Part shown: in pieces, positions 12,461-24,870 of the stretch
Position numbering within the stretch: position 1 is the stretch's first letter
How the letters are laid out: every line of letters starts with the position of its first letter
Assembly: GCF_009834535.1 (NCBI RefSeq)
Contig: NC_045698.1
Location: forward strand, 2,420,001 to 2,484,000
Direction of reading: 5' to 3'
Origin: Camelus ferus
Lineage: Eukaryota
Length of the DNA: 64,000 bases
Position numbers and translations under genes: made by a program
The notes under the pieces: model-generated
Told to the model about the DNA's origin: nothing
Databases searched by the model: none
The model's input: only the letters and a program-made list of their open reading frames with translations

Positions 12461-13741
12461 CTAACTCATCTCTGAGGCCCTGGTAGCGCCAGGCCCGCAG
12501 GCCGCGGGGACACAGCCGCAGATCTCGGCTCCAGTGCGCCCACCTCCATCAGGGCCTCCACGGCGATGTGGGGCGCTCCTGGCCAAGGGGGCGCTGCTCT
12601 GACCACCTCCCTGTGCCCGGCGTGGACAGGAGGGCACGTTTAAGAAGGGGGTGCCCGGGGAGTGCAGGACGCTCCCTGCCCCAGGCTCAGACGTGCGAGG
12701 GTCGCGGCCGCTGTGTTCTGAGGGCGTGTGCTGACTGGCGGAGGACGTGGCGTCGGAGGGCCTGGCAACACGGCGACACGCGCCGGGAGATGACCCGGAG
12801 CCACAGAAAGGTCCGCACTAAGAATGGACTCTCGGCTCGGCCTCCCCTGTTCCAGCACTGAGTCCCTGCTGCCGATGGCCCTGCGCTGACTTTGAAGCTC
12901 TGGACGCCATTCTCTAAGGGTTTTCTGGTTCCACCAGTGACATGTCACTAAAAACAGAGCCGCCTGAGCTGTGGGTGACAGAGCCCCAGAAATGCACCGC
13001 TGACGGGAGGAGCCGGATTGAGAGGCTCACCGAGTGTTGGGGGGAGAGGCTGAGCCGGGGGAGAGGCTGAGCCCGGTGGAGGGCGACACACCCTCCCTGC
13101 GGTGTTGGGCTGGGCCCCACGTCCCGTGTCTCCCGGACCAGCCGCCCCAAGAGGCTGGGTCTGCTGCCCAACGGGGGCCTTCCGTCTCTTCCCGTTTGTC
13201 TCCTGGTCCCATCAGCATCGCTCCAGCCGTGCTCGGTCCCCTCGGAGGACTCAGACCATTCCAGCGGCCTCAGCATATCCCAGCTTCTCGAATCAGCCTC
13301 GAGGTGACCCCAACCCCAGCAGCCTTGGCGGGACAGCCCCCCCCCCAAGGTCTGAGTTTCTGCGTTGTGGGGCTCCCCTCCTGTTTCTGAATGCTGAGGA
13401 TTCAGCTCTCTCTGTTTGTCCCCCGGCCCCAGGGTGCGCGGCCGCCTCCTGCAGCGGCCACAGGGCCGCAGAGTGCTCTCTGGGACCTCCCAATTTCCTC
13501 GCGACCTCCCTCCTCGCACATCCTCCCTTGGAGAGACGGACGAGTCCATCTTCTGGCTGGACCCCGGCAGGGCCGGGGGCCTCCTCGCCGCACCCGGGCT
13601 TTCCAGAAGACGAGGTGAGCTCCCCTCTTGCTCCTCTGTTGACTCTGCCCACACCCCGCCCGCCTCCATCGCCACAGCCTCACCCTGAGAGGGCAGCGGT
13701 AACCCGGCCAGAGCCACAGCGGGGACCCCAGTCCAGCCTGG

Positions 13742-13782
13742 GACGCGTGTGCACGCGTGTGTGCGTGCACGTGTGCGTGTGC
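13742..13782. repeat. Alternating purine/pyrimidine (TG/CG/CA) low-complexity tract
   Basis: gacgcgtgtgcacgcgtgtgtgcgtgcacgtgtgcgtgtgc. Confidence 0.8.
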
Positions 13783-14118
13783 TGAGGTGGACGGCTAAAC
13801 TCAAAGTGCGACAGGGAGAACAGACAAGACTGGAGCTTGGGAGCATTTAATTATTCGTTAATCCTTCTGTGCTTAGAGAAAGGATTTTTCATATAGCTCA
13901 CCTGGAAAGAATGTTCTTTGGTGTAAAACTCTATTCATAAAAAGCTCCCTTGACTTCGCTCTGGCAAAAGCCCAGGTCTAGGTTACATGTCTGAAGAGAG
14001 CTTTATACAAACAGAACAAACAGTGTGAAATTTAGCTTCAGCCTGAAGTCCCACCCCCACCTGAGTGAACAATAACGGCTCCAGTTGAGAGCGGACAGTT
14101 CAGACCCTGCAGTGAGCG

Positions 14119-14137
14119 TGCTGCCACCTGCCGGCGG
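14119..14137 (-). promoter_or_regulatory. Candidate CTCF-binding motif
   Basis: Minus strand ccgCCGGCAGGTGGCAGca matches the CTCF core CCRSYAGRKGGCRS at every position. Confidence 0.45.
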
Positions 14138-14386
14138 ACGTTGCTTTCCCAGAGCCACGATTCCGCAAAGCTCTCCCTGGCCTCCCCCTTTGCTGACTGT
14201 GTATCGTGAACGAGCTCTTTGCTCCAGGTCCTGGGATGACACAAACCCAGCACCCGCGCCTGCCCTGTGAGGTAAACATCCTCGAGGGCGCAGTTCCCTG
14301 GACGGCAAGAGTGGACTTAGATGGCTTTTGTCTTTCCTGTGCCGAAGCTCAGAGATCAGCCGTCGCAATGCTGTTTTGTGCCTCAG

Positions 14387-14499
14387 GAGCGTGATCCTGC
14401 GATGCTGGTCCTGATCCTGCAGACACTGCCTTGTTTTGAAAACCAGTCACCCATCACCTTGTGGGGGGCATCCATCTCAGGGACAGGATGACTCAGAAG
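14387..14499 (+). other. Candidate non-coding exon
   Basis: ctgttttgtgcctcag|GAGCGT...CAGAAG|gtgagt; stop codons in all three frames. Confidence 0.3.
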
Positions 14500-14564
14500 G
14501 TGAGTGCGTCTGAGAATTGCAATGAAAACTTCGTGTTTCATAAACTTCTAACGAACTTCTAAGA

Positions 14565-15630
14565 ATATATTTAGACTCGCAGAAAAGCTGCAAACATAGT
14601 GAAGTCCCTGCACCCTTCCATCAGTTTCCCGTAGTGGTAACACTTTTCCTGGCTAGACATTTGACTCAGCAGATGACCCAATGTTACCACCTCGCTCCCA
14701 GGAACTAAACTCCTCACTTTATTAGGACACCGCTGGTTTTTCTCTAGTGCCCTTTTTCCATCCCAGGTCCCCAACCAGAGGCCACATTCCATTCATTTGT
14801 AAATCTGTTGATCAATGACAGTTTCTCAGACTTTCCTTGTTTTGACGATGTTGAGAAGTTTGGGGGGTATTGGTCAGGGAATTTATAGAATGTCCTTCAG
14901 CATGGGCTTTCTTGTGGTTAGACAGGGCGTATGGATTTGGGGAAGGAAGACATAGAGGTAAAGTGACATCTGCACGTATCCTATCCAGGGCACATGCCAC
15001 AACATGACTTTCCGTTGGTGCTGGTAACTGAGCAGCTAACAGAAGCAGCGTTTGTCAAGTTTCTGTAAAGTTTCTTTTTACCCCATTTTCAAACCGTACT
15101 CTCTTGAAACAAGTCACTAACTGCAGCCCACACCCCAGGGGGAGAAGGGAGGTGGGGTGACACTGCACATCCCCGGGAGTAGAGTATCCACATACTTTAT
15201 TCCCAAATCTCTATGTAAAAGACTTGTCCCTTCACCCTCATTTATTTATTTATTCAATAATTTATTTTCATCTGTATGGAGCATGCATGTTTCCTGTATT
15301 CTTTGGTTTAAATTTAATACTATGTTGTTCATCTTGTTGCTCAGACAGTCCAGCCCTGGCCAGCTTTGCGAGCACTTTCCGGTTGTCTCCTGTGTTCTGT
15401 TGAAATGTCCCCACTCTGTCTCCCTCTCTTTCTCTCTTTTTTTTTTTTTTTTTTTTTTGAGTTCTCTCTTACTTTCTGTTACTACAAGCTGCTCCAAGTT
15501 CATCACGAGTATTTCCAGTCTCAATCCAGGAGTCAGCCATTTCTCCAAGGAACCTTGGTTTCTTCTACTGGAGAGGGTCTTAGACATCAAAGTCTGTGCA
15601 CTGGGAGTGCTCATTGCTACCGGGGTGCTG
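14565..15630 (-). mobile_element. Ancient LINE-1 3' region (L1MC-like)
   Basis: 'tttagactcgcagaaaagctgcaaacatag', 'cagtttctcagactttccttgtttt', 'tatggatttggggaaggaagacatagaggtaaagtg' and 'cagccatttctccaaggaaccttggttt...gtgctcattgctac' resemble L1MC 3' UTR. Confidence 0.75.
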
Positions 15631-16305
15631 ACTTCATCTTTTTCTAAAACAATTCAGCTTCCCCTCCCCGCCGCCCCAGCCAAGGGCCTTCCTTAGCTAC
15701 TTACAGATTAAATGCTCGTGGCCTGATTTTATTCTGTGCTCACATTGCCTGACCTCCCATGTCTCCCCTGGGAAAGGATAATGAACGCTGCCTGGGATTG
15801 CACTGCGCATATGTTTGACTTTCTCAGTGTATGGCATGCGTGTGTCTCAAGCATCTAAAGGTCAGGTTGCGATTTATAGCCAAGCTGCTGAAGTAAAACT
15901 TAATTGTTTTAAAGTTGACTTTTCTCAGACATTGTCTGGAATTCTGTTCTATTTGAATGAAACAGAATTCATACCACAGAAGCCAGACGTATGAAGGCAA
16001 GGGGGCAAAGTAGGCTGCTTGCCAAGTGCTGTGAACACATCCTCTCCGGCAGTAACTTTAATGGGAATGCGGCTGCCTTAATCAAAGTTTTTATAAAATG
16101 TTTCCAAGAAGGAAACATTTATTTGCATTTATCTGCATTTATTTTTCTATTATTCAGACATACATTTGGTAGATTTTTTTTTTTACAGACATGGCATTTG
16201 TTCACTTAGAAGTGATTAAGCATTTGTTCTGTGTGCTGAGTAGAATTGTTTGTGAGTTGTTCGCAAGGAAACCAGCTTCTAAAGTTCCGCTTGCTTTTCC
16301 TCCAG

Positions 16306-16457
16306 GCATTAATGTTATTCAAGCGTGTGGCTTGGGGAAGAGGAGGGCGCACTCCTTAGTCCCCAAGCCCAGGTGGCCTCACCAATGTGATGACAAGGTG
16401 GATAATCAGAAAGACCATCACACCCTCTACGTGGACAGCTTCAGTCTCACGTGGCAG
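16306..16457 (+). other. Candidate exon with consensus splice sites
   Basis: cttgcttttcctccag|GCATTA...TGGCAG|gtaagt (perfect donor); 152 nt, one open frame, peptide not recognised. Confidence 0.4.
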
Positions 16458-16929
16458 GTAAGTGAACACGTCCTCACATGTCTTCGCTGGTTTCCTGTCT
16501 GAAGCACGGACGTGGGGGGGACCAAGAGAATCACAGATCCTTCGACATGGCTTGTCACCCCCGACCGGGGCAGGGCGGCCCAGGCGTCACAGCACCAGCG
16601 CTTGGCCCAGACTTAGGAGGGCTGGAGCTCTTGCCTTGGTCCCTCGGGGCCCCGAGAAGCCACGTAAGGGGTCTGACCTCCCGGAACCCGCCACGTCCCG
16701 GGAAGCCCAGGCCGCAGAATGGGGAGAATGGCTCTCTCAACTGGGGCTGCCTGGAAGAGGGGAGCCCTAGCACCCTCAGATGCCCATGAATCACCCACAG
16801 GAACAGGCTGTCCTCTCGTCTGTCCACCTCAAAGAGGACTAGTTTTGTGTCATCCTTGGGGAATTCAGAAAAAGGTCATTCAAATTATATTCTGTGTTCT
16901 GTAGTTCAGCTGAGGAACTTTAGCCGAGA

Positions 16930-17190
16930 AAGAGGGCTGGAGGCTGAAGCTGCTTGCGGAGAGAGGCCAAGGGGCACTGGGAGGCGGATCCCCGATGACG
17001 CCGCCCTGGGGGTGGGTGTTCCCGTTCCAGACAGCTCAGCTGAGAGCCCCGTGGGTCAGAGGCAAACCTTCTGGCTGAGCCCTTCCTAATCCCCAGCCTA
17101 CAAACTCATGAACAGGGCACCACAGGTTGCTTTGAGCTATTAAGTTTGAGGTAGTGTTTTTTTTTTAAGCAGCCATAAAGAACGAAAACA
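16930..17190 (+). mobile_element. MaLR LTR 3' part (older MLT1 subfamily)
   Basis: 'gctgagcccttcctaatccccagcctacaaactcatga...gttgctttgagctattaagtttgaggtagtgtt...gcagccataaagaacgaaaaca' resembles an MLT1 3' end. Confidence 0.6.
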
Positions 17191-18197
17191 CAACGTAAGC
17201 AAATAAAATGCCATCTTCCAACCAGAAAGCCAAACATCAGCTTGTCAATCAGTTATATATAAACTATGTATATATGCCATATATAATGTATGTATGTACA
17301 CACACACGATGTATACAGCCTGAAATTGTGTGTGAACCTGTGCGCAGCCTAAAAGCAGTCCCTGCTACAGTGTTTCTTTTCCTAGTGCTTTGACAGAGTT
17401 TCTTGAGTCCTCTGCCTCTTCGTAATTCATAACGGCCCACCTCTGCCCGGCAACGCCATCAGGAAAAACGTCGGTGCATCCCAGCTCTGGTCTGTGGCAC
17501 GGGCTCCTGATCTGTGTGCTGCACACACGCATCCCCTGTTCTTAAAAGACGTTTAGCAGGATTCCTCCTGCCTTCCTGGAGAACACTGCAGCCTTAAAGA
17601 CGTCCTCATTTGAAACAACAAAAACATTAAAAAAATCCCTGCAAGATAAGAAAATAAACATAGACAATTTAAAACCATTATTAGCAAAAAGCGTTTCAGC
17701 CCTTAAATTAAAGGTAAAGGACAAGTCTAGGGTCCACTTTCCCCTCCTTTTTTTTCTGTTTAGTGCAACATTCACACCTGATTCAGTACTTTTATTTCAA
17801 AACCCTTCCTTCCACCTTGAACGTTCTGCATTGGTTTCCCACCTGACAGCCCAGCCACTGCCATCTGAAGTCACGGGGGAAGAAGGCCACAGGACAGTGG
17901 CACAGCCACCACCCATGCGTGGGCAGTCACAGGGTGGATCAGAGCCGAGAGGGCTGCCCTACACCCCAGCTGGTCCCTGCAGGCAGCGGGAGGTTCTGTG
18001 GTCACAATCAAATGAGAAAAACAGGCAGGCCAGGTGCCCCAGGTACAGAACATCCCTGTTCATTTTTTCAAAATAAGTTCAATCACCCTATTCCTTTTTT
18101 TACTTCAAAGCAAAATAACTGTAAATTAGTTCTTTTTTATTAATATTATTGAAGAAATTACATATTAAAGTCATTTATGACTTCTAGTCTGAAATTA

Positions 18198-18237
<40 letters not shown>

Positions 18238-18246
18238 TCATCTATC
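18198..18246. repeat. Compound (TCTG)n(TCTA)n microsatellite
   Basis: Direct reading. Confidence 0.95.
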
Positions 18247-18496
18247 CATGTGTGTATACATTCTCCCCCCCAGGGACACAAATTGATGTACCAAAAGTCC
18301 ACAGTTTGAGTTTTCACTACAAGTGCCTCTTGCCTTTGTGATCTGAGCAAGACCTCAAAACCCCATCCCCGAGAACAGGACCACCCTCCTAAGTCTGCTT
18401 GGAGGATAAACAAGGAAACACTAGGCCGGCACTCAGAACCGCGCTCCATCCACGTGAGCCTTTATTTTTGCTTTGTCCCTTAACTTGCGTGCCCAG

Positions 18497-18812
18497 CTGT
18501 CTGAATCTGTGCAGTCTGCTGGAACAATAAATGTTCACCGTTCTGGATGCTGGAAGCCCGAGGCCAAGGTGCTGGCAGGTTCAGTGTCTATTCTGGGCCC
18601 CCTTCCTGTTCACAGAAGTCTGTCTTCCCCCTGCGTCCTCATGTGGAGGAAGCGGCGAGGAGCTCCCTGGTCTCTCCATCAGGGCACTAATCCCATGCAT
18701 GGGGCTCCACCCTCAGACCCAACCAACCCCAAGCCCCACCTCCGAACACCATCACTCTGGGGACTAGATTTCAACCCATGAATTTTGGAGAAACACAAAC
18801 ATTTGGTCCATA
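18497..18812 (-). mobile_element. MaLR solo LTR (MLT1A0-like)
   Basis: 'gttctggatgctggaagcccgaggccaaggtgctggcagg...gggcactaatcccatgcatggggctccaccctc...atttcaacccatgaattttggagaaacacaaacatttggtccatag'. Confidence 0.85.
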
Positions 18813-20728
18813 GTTCTGAATAATTGGATTGTAAGAGACTGCAGTTCCTTTCCTGTGCCTCATGTAATGACTTCAAGGGTGAAAGGAGGAGACTTCACTG
18901 CTCCTGGGGGGTCAGCAGCCCTCAGTCCCGCTGGACCAACCAGAGGGAAGGCTTACAGGGACATAAGCCACTTTTGCACTAATGGAACATAATGTTTCAG
19001 GAGTAATTGTCCTGGCATTTATTTGGAACGTATATCTGAGAGCTGAGGTCGTCCACTGGTGCTAAAATGGTATGAAATAAAAAATGTGTTTAGAAGTCAT
19101 TTTCCTTCATGTTGCACAATAGGAAGGAAGGAAGGAAAGAAGGAGTGCTGTGAAGATCTGCTGAAACGCCCCCAATGGCAGCCCTGTCCCCACGGGGACA
19201 CTGCGCCACGCAGGCCACTGTGTTCAGTGAGTGAGGGTGACCCGCACACCCACCATCTCTCGCCTCACAGGAAACGCACGCTTGGCTGGGGACCAGCGGG
19301 TCTGTAACCACAGAGGCCGGGCTTAGGACTGAACTCAACGTCTTGGTCGGCCACCTCTTCTTGACCTAAACAACCTGGACTGGCCCTAGGTAGTGCCCTC
19401 GTGTGTGAGCACCAGAACCAGGGGGCAGGAGGCCTCTCATCAAGGAAGGGCTTAACTCCCGGCTCAGAAAAACTGCAGTAGCCATTGGTGGGTTCGCTCG
19501 CCCACACCTGGATTCTCTCATTCCCTGAAGACCTTTGTGTGCAGGAGGGACTGTCCTGGCTCCAGCCCTGAGCCAGGATGGACATTCTCCTGTTCTGGCC
19601 CTCGTCCCGTCCTCTACCTCCTTGGGGCATCGCTGCCCACTGTGGATGCAGGCTGCGATGGGTTCACCCTCCACTCCCTCGAGTCACCTCCAGGATGCCC
19701 GCTCACTGGGACCATGGCTCTGGGTCCCCTCCTGGGGTGATGCCGCACCCGTGCCCTGACGCTCCTTATCCTGAGTAGGTGACCCTGGCGCAGTGTGTCG
19801 CTCGGGCTGCCGAGTGAGAGGGAGCCCTCTCACTGCAGGTGGCATCCTCTCTCGTGTGGGGCTTAGCTGGCTGTCCTGGGGCCCTGCTGGGAACAGGGAG
19901 CCAACCTCACACACAGCCGGACCTTGTGAGAGGTTGGCTGTACTTGCCTGGGAGTTGCGACCTGACTTCCAGTAGCCCCGGGCTCACCTTGACTTAGAAC
20001 CCGCTCGGTGTCTTGAAGCAATGGAAAAAGAGTGCGTCCTTCCCTGGACCACCAGTCACCGGGAGGAGGGCAGGGCATGGGGCCGACCTCAGAAGCAGGA
20101 TCAGTCAGCCTGGCGGGAAATCACACTCTCTGGCTCGGGGTCCTGATTTATTTGTCCTTTATCACAGCCAGAGATCAACAGTTGCTCTTGCTTCCAAAAA
20201 TTTCCCTTCATTTATAAATTTATGCCATCAGCACTCATTAAGCAGTGAGTAGGGGTCTGCTGCTGGTTAGGATCTGGGGCTACAAAGATGAAGAAACCCA
20301 ACCTCCTTCCCCGGGAGTGGAGGCTGCATCTTCGCACCCTCCCAGCCCAGACCCAGCGCCACGCTCCCACGTGCCAGCAGGGACCCACTCAACATCCACC
20401 GAATTCAGCGGCTCGGTTTCCCAATAACCGAGATGCTGGCTCCATTTCTGCAGTCCCTGGGAAGGGTGTCCCGTACTGCATACTGCGAGATCCACGGGAA
20501 TGCTTAGAATGAAGGAAAGAGTCCACTGGGGGACGGTTTCAGTGGCCACAGATGCGGGCAAGCAGGTTGGGAAGAGGAGCCACACACGTCACATAACCAG
20601 CTGTAGGGACTGGGCTTTTGGGAGCAGGTTTCCACCGGGAGACCACCGCTCCCAGACGTCTGAGCGGTTCCACCGTGAGCAGCACGCGACTCACTCGTGC
20701 TGGTTCACCTGGGGTCGCGTGCGTCCGT

Positions 20729-20894
20729 GGGACCAACCGCAACCGTGAGGGATGTTAAAGGAAAGAGAAGCAGAGAACCAAGTTCCTGATTTTGAATTTT
20801 TTTTATGTAAAGGGACCAACCGCAACCGTGAGGGATGTTAAAGGAAAGAGAAGCAGAGAACCAAGTTCCTGATTTTGAATTTTCTTTATGTAAA
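20729..20894. repeat. 83-bp tandem duplication (2 copies)
   Basis: 20729-20811 and 20812-20894 are identical except T20801/C20884. Confidence 0.95.
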
Positions 20895-21224
20895 CACTTT
20901 TTAATTACCTTTATATCGAATGCCCTGTAAATAATTCAGCAGGCTTCACCACGTTATGCAAATGTTAACCAGAATGACTGTTTTCAGCAGAATATGACTG
21001 AAGTGTCATAACAGCACGGCATTGCTAATTTCAGCTTGTTTTTATGCCGATGATCAATTTACAAGGCACAGAATCTGTAGTTCATTCACTCACGTATCCA
21101 TCCACCTGCGCTGAACAGTACTGAGCAGCCCTCTCCTCTGCATCAGGTCCTGGACCGGGTCTGGTCGGGGTAAGATCTCTTTAACAACAGACACTGGCAT
21201 TGGACGGCACACTCAGACAAATTC

Positions 21225-21380
21225 ACACGCACACATGCACACAGGCACATGCAGTGGACACAGCCTGTGAGCACAGGCTCACACACATGCACGCATGCAT
21301 CATGCACACACACACACACGTATGCACACACACACACACAATGCACACGGTCACATGTACGGGCACTCATGCTCACATCC
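21225..21380. repeat. Degenerate (CA)n low-complexity tract
   Basis: cacacgcacacatgcac...gcacacacacacacacaatgcacac. Confidence 0.85.
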
Positions 21381-24326
21381 TCTGCACTTTGTGGATGGTA
21401 CTCAGTCCTCCGTGCACAGGCGCTGAGGTCCGGGGAAGGTGCTTCGATAATCAGACATAGACAACTGCAAGCTAGTCCTTTGCTGTATCAAGGATGTCCA
21501 AGGATTCAGGGATGGGCCACATCATGGGGCCACCTGCTGCCGCCTTAGCTGTGCATTTATGGTTTCTTAGTAAAGAGAGGCGGCGGTTTCCAAAAAAGCA
21601 AACTATTTGGTCTAATCAGGTTAATTGAAATGTCAGCATCACGGGCACGCGTGGACACTCAGGTCTGTTCTGCCGGGCTGTGAACCTCCTCTGTCTGCTC
21701 TCCGGGCGAGGCTGGCACTAATGAGCTGCGTGTCATGGGCACTCGGGCGGCTCTCCGCCTCCATCTACATGCCTCGCTCTGCGGTGAGCTCTGCGGTGAC
21801 TTAGCCTTCCGTCCCCCGAGCTTCCCCTGCGATATGCCTGCAGCCTCGGTCTGCTCGTTTCTGGCCCCGGGGCTGCTGGTGCAGAGGGGCGTCTCCTGGG
21901 TCCCCTCCGTGAGCTGGGAACGATTTGTTTTCTTATTCAGACGACCGGCCTGGCTGCCGGAGCTGCATGTGAAATCCGCCGCGGCTGATTATTGGAGCAC
22001 TAAAGATCTCTTTTGGTGCTGCCGTTTATCCCCCGCTTTCATATTTGTAACCCTTTTTGCTTCCTGATATCCCCTGTGTCTGACAGCACGTCCTCACCTC
22101 TGACACCGGGAAGTCAGTCAATAAACCCGGAGCCCTTTGATCCGTGGGATTATGGGATTGCTTTTTATGCAAAGGAAAACCTCAGGATAAGCAAATACGG
22201 ACGGGAAAAGCCCCTCCGGAGCAGGGGAGTTTGAAGACGAAGAAGAAACAATTTCAGAGCATTTGCAATGCAAACCCGGCTGGACAGCTGAGCCTTATTT
22301 CTCAGCGGTGAGAAGGAAGATGGGACCCAGACTAGAGGGGGCGTTTCTGCCCCGTAGTTCAGGACACCTGCAGCTTCCTTCTGGTGATGTGCAGCCGGCG
22401 TGCGGCGTCGAGCTCACCTGTCCTCAGAGACGCAGGGCGGCCAGCATCCCTGCACACTCGGAAGCAGGAAGCAGGAGTGCCCGCCAAGCTGCGGCCGCTG
22501 GGAAGACAGAGTTTTCCCAGCTCAGACTCTCACCGCCCACCTGAGGGACGGAAGTGCCACCTGACTGGCTGTGCTTTTCCGTCTGTGGTCCTTCGCCACC
22601 AACCCTGCACGAGAACTCCGACCTCTTCAGACGGGGGCGGACTTTTCCGCATCGTGATTCTCAGCATGACCAGCTCTGCCCCAGGGGCTACATAGTCCAC
22701 CTCCTGCCGGGGGCGCTGTCGCTCTCAGAGCGGGGCGTCGGGGTGGGCATCCTGATAACTCGCACTTTAGATCTAGGACCTTCCTTTCCTGTGGTTTCTG
22801 TTGTCTGTTGGGAAACCCTCTTGGCCATTGTTTGAATCGATGGGAGGGTTCAGAAAATGGAAAACACCAGCGTAGACTTTCTCCTCCGTCCGCCGCGTGC
22901 AGCCTCTGCCCTGACGCTGCAGAGACGCCCACGCCCTTAGTTCCCTCGGACCAGGGGTTCTGCCAGCAGATCTGGCTCCGTTTGCATTTGCGTGTTTCCT
23001 TATTAGAATCATTTGAAAATTATTTTTTGACAGAAAAAAAATCAAACTTTAATATATATTTTAAATGATTTCATAGTAATTGCCAAGGTATGTACTTTAA
23101 GAGAACATACTTTTCTCTGTATTGATGTCTATTCATTATATATAAAAATGTTTCATTTTAAAATTCTACATCTTTCTTGAGAATTGTATTAACTTTGCAT
23201 TTGACTTTGAACATCACAGATATACACGTTACATAATAGTATCTGTAACATACATAAATTAATATTAATTTATTTGAAGTAGGTTTGCCTTGTGAATGCA
23301 GCTTTATTACAAGAAGCTTTGAAACATGACATGAGTGATTCATAACGACTGGCTTAGTTATACTGAATTGACATAAATTAAGTGAATTTTCCAATGACTA
23401 TCAAAAGGAGCTCACTCTTAAGGAAAAAAAAAAAAAAAGATGGAACACCACTCATTTGAAGCATCATTTGAAAGCAGCCAGTCTAGTTCCTTATGCAAGC
23501 TGCTGAACAATATCATCAGACAAACACGTGTCATTTCCGGTGACGCACTTAAATACACATTCAGAGAGCACCTTGTTAGACTGTAACCATGCCGAGAGGA
23601 AACCAGAAACCAAGGGTGTGCGGCAGAATCCTCTTTTCCAGCAGGCTTTAACTACAACGTGTCCTTCCCTCTCCCTGTCAAGCCATCAAACGCTGGAGCA
23701 GGCGCCCTCAGATCAGATCCTCCGTGTCGGGAGGCATTTGATTTCAAAGACATTGAGACACCTCAAGCCTTCAGAAGCGAATGATGGAGAGGGAGCTTCC
23801 AACGGCCATTTCTTAGCATCATTTTCAGAGGCAGGAGTTCTGTCAAGATCCTCTTGATGCTTTGAAAAAGACACCATCAGACAAAGAAGTTGCAGCCACT
23901 GAGGATGACCTGGGAAGGCGCCTCACCCCAGGGTCATCTGCGGGTTGGACCCCCGAGGACGACTGGCCCGGGAGCCCTGGGCACCAGCCCTGAGCTCCTC
24001 CCGGCACCGTCCCCAGGGCCGTGGCTTTATGAGAATGAAACACCACAGGGCTAGGAACTTGCTAATGTTCCCCGAGTCTCACTGTCTTCGATTTGTAAGA
24101 TGAAGAGATTCTAACAATGGCGGTTTCAGTTTAAAACTCCTGGGGCGGATGCTGTAAGATCCATCTCCGCTGGAAAAGCACAGAGAGACTAGCTGACGAC
24201 AGACGTGGGGAGACGGATGGACCGGAAAACAGTGAAGACAATAACAGTTGCCCGTCCACGTTCCTAAATACAGACACAGAAGTTACAGAGGATTAGTATT
24301 CAGCTTCAATACTAGAACCCCAAACC

Positions 24327-24363
24327 GTGTGTGCGCGTGTGTGTGTGTGTGTGTGTGTGTGTG
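24327..24363. repeat. (TG)n microsatellite
   Basis: Direct reading. Confidence 0.95.
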
Positions 24364-24419
24364 GAGGAGGGTTTGTTAAAGCTGTTGCCAATTGTAAAGT
24401 GGAAAAATAAATAAACCAT

Positions 24420-24870
24420 AAGGAGAAAGAGAGCCTGAGGTTTCACACCATCAAAAAATTGTAAATTTTTCTCTTTGTCAAAAATCTGTAAAATTTAAAA
24501 GGCACATGTCAAATCAGGAAATACCACAAGTGAAGTTAAACATTTTTTAACATATACAGCTTATAAAATCAATAAGAAAGGTGCCCGAAAAACTAAGAAG
24601 GCTGCGGATACTCAATTTACAAAAGAAGACGTGCGAAGAGCTAAGGCACGCGTGCAAACTCTTTAGTCTTACCAGTCGGCAAAACACAAACGCACGTGTA
24701 AGTAACAGCGGAACGCCGTGGGCTGCCTACCACGCTGGGGAAAATTCACATTTTTAAATATTCAGGATATTGAAAAAAGGGAATTCTTACGCATGGATAT
24801 GTGCCTGGGCAAATTAAGAAAAAAATGGAAGACAATGGTGATGTCAGTGACAAGCACGTGGCTTTGTAAG
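24420..24870 (+). mobile_element. Ancient LINE-1 fragment (L1ME-like)
   Basis: A-rich sense strand with 'aaatcaataagaaagg...caatttacaaaagaagacgtgcgaagagctaaggcacgcg', resembling late ORF2. Confidence 0.5.

Noticed and set aside
12914..13846. Longest ORF in the track (310 aa, minus) and overlapping 227-aa plus ORF
   Set aside because: GC-rich chance ORFs with R/G/P/S-biased composition, non-ATG starts, a CA/TG repeat inside and no recognisable domain.
20729..20894. Direct repeats as a CRISPR-like array
   Set aside because: Only two adjacent copies, no spacers, eukaryotic context.
22080..22600. Possible MLT1-type LTR remnant
   Set aside because: Similarity too degraded to define boundaries by eye.
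23829..23993. Acceptor-like ttttcag followed by the open frame RQEFCQDPLDALKKTPSDKEVAATEDDLGRRL
   Set aside because: No good donor, no recognised homolog and no compatible neighbouring exons.
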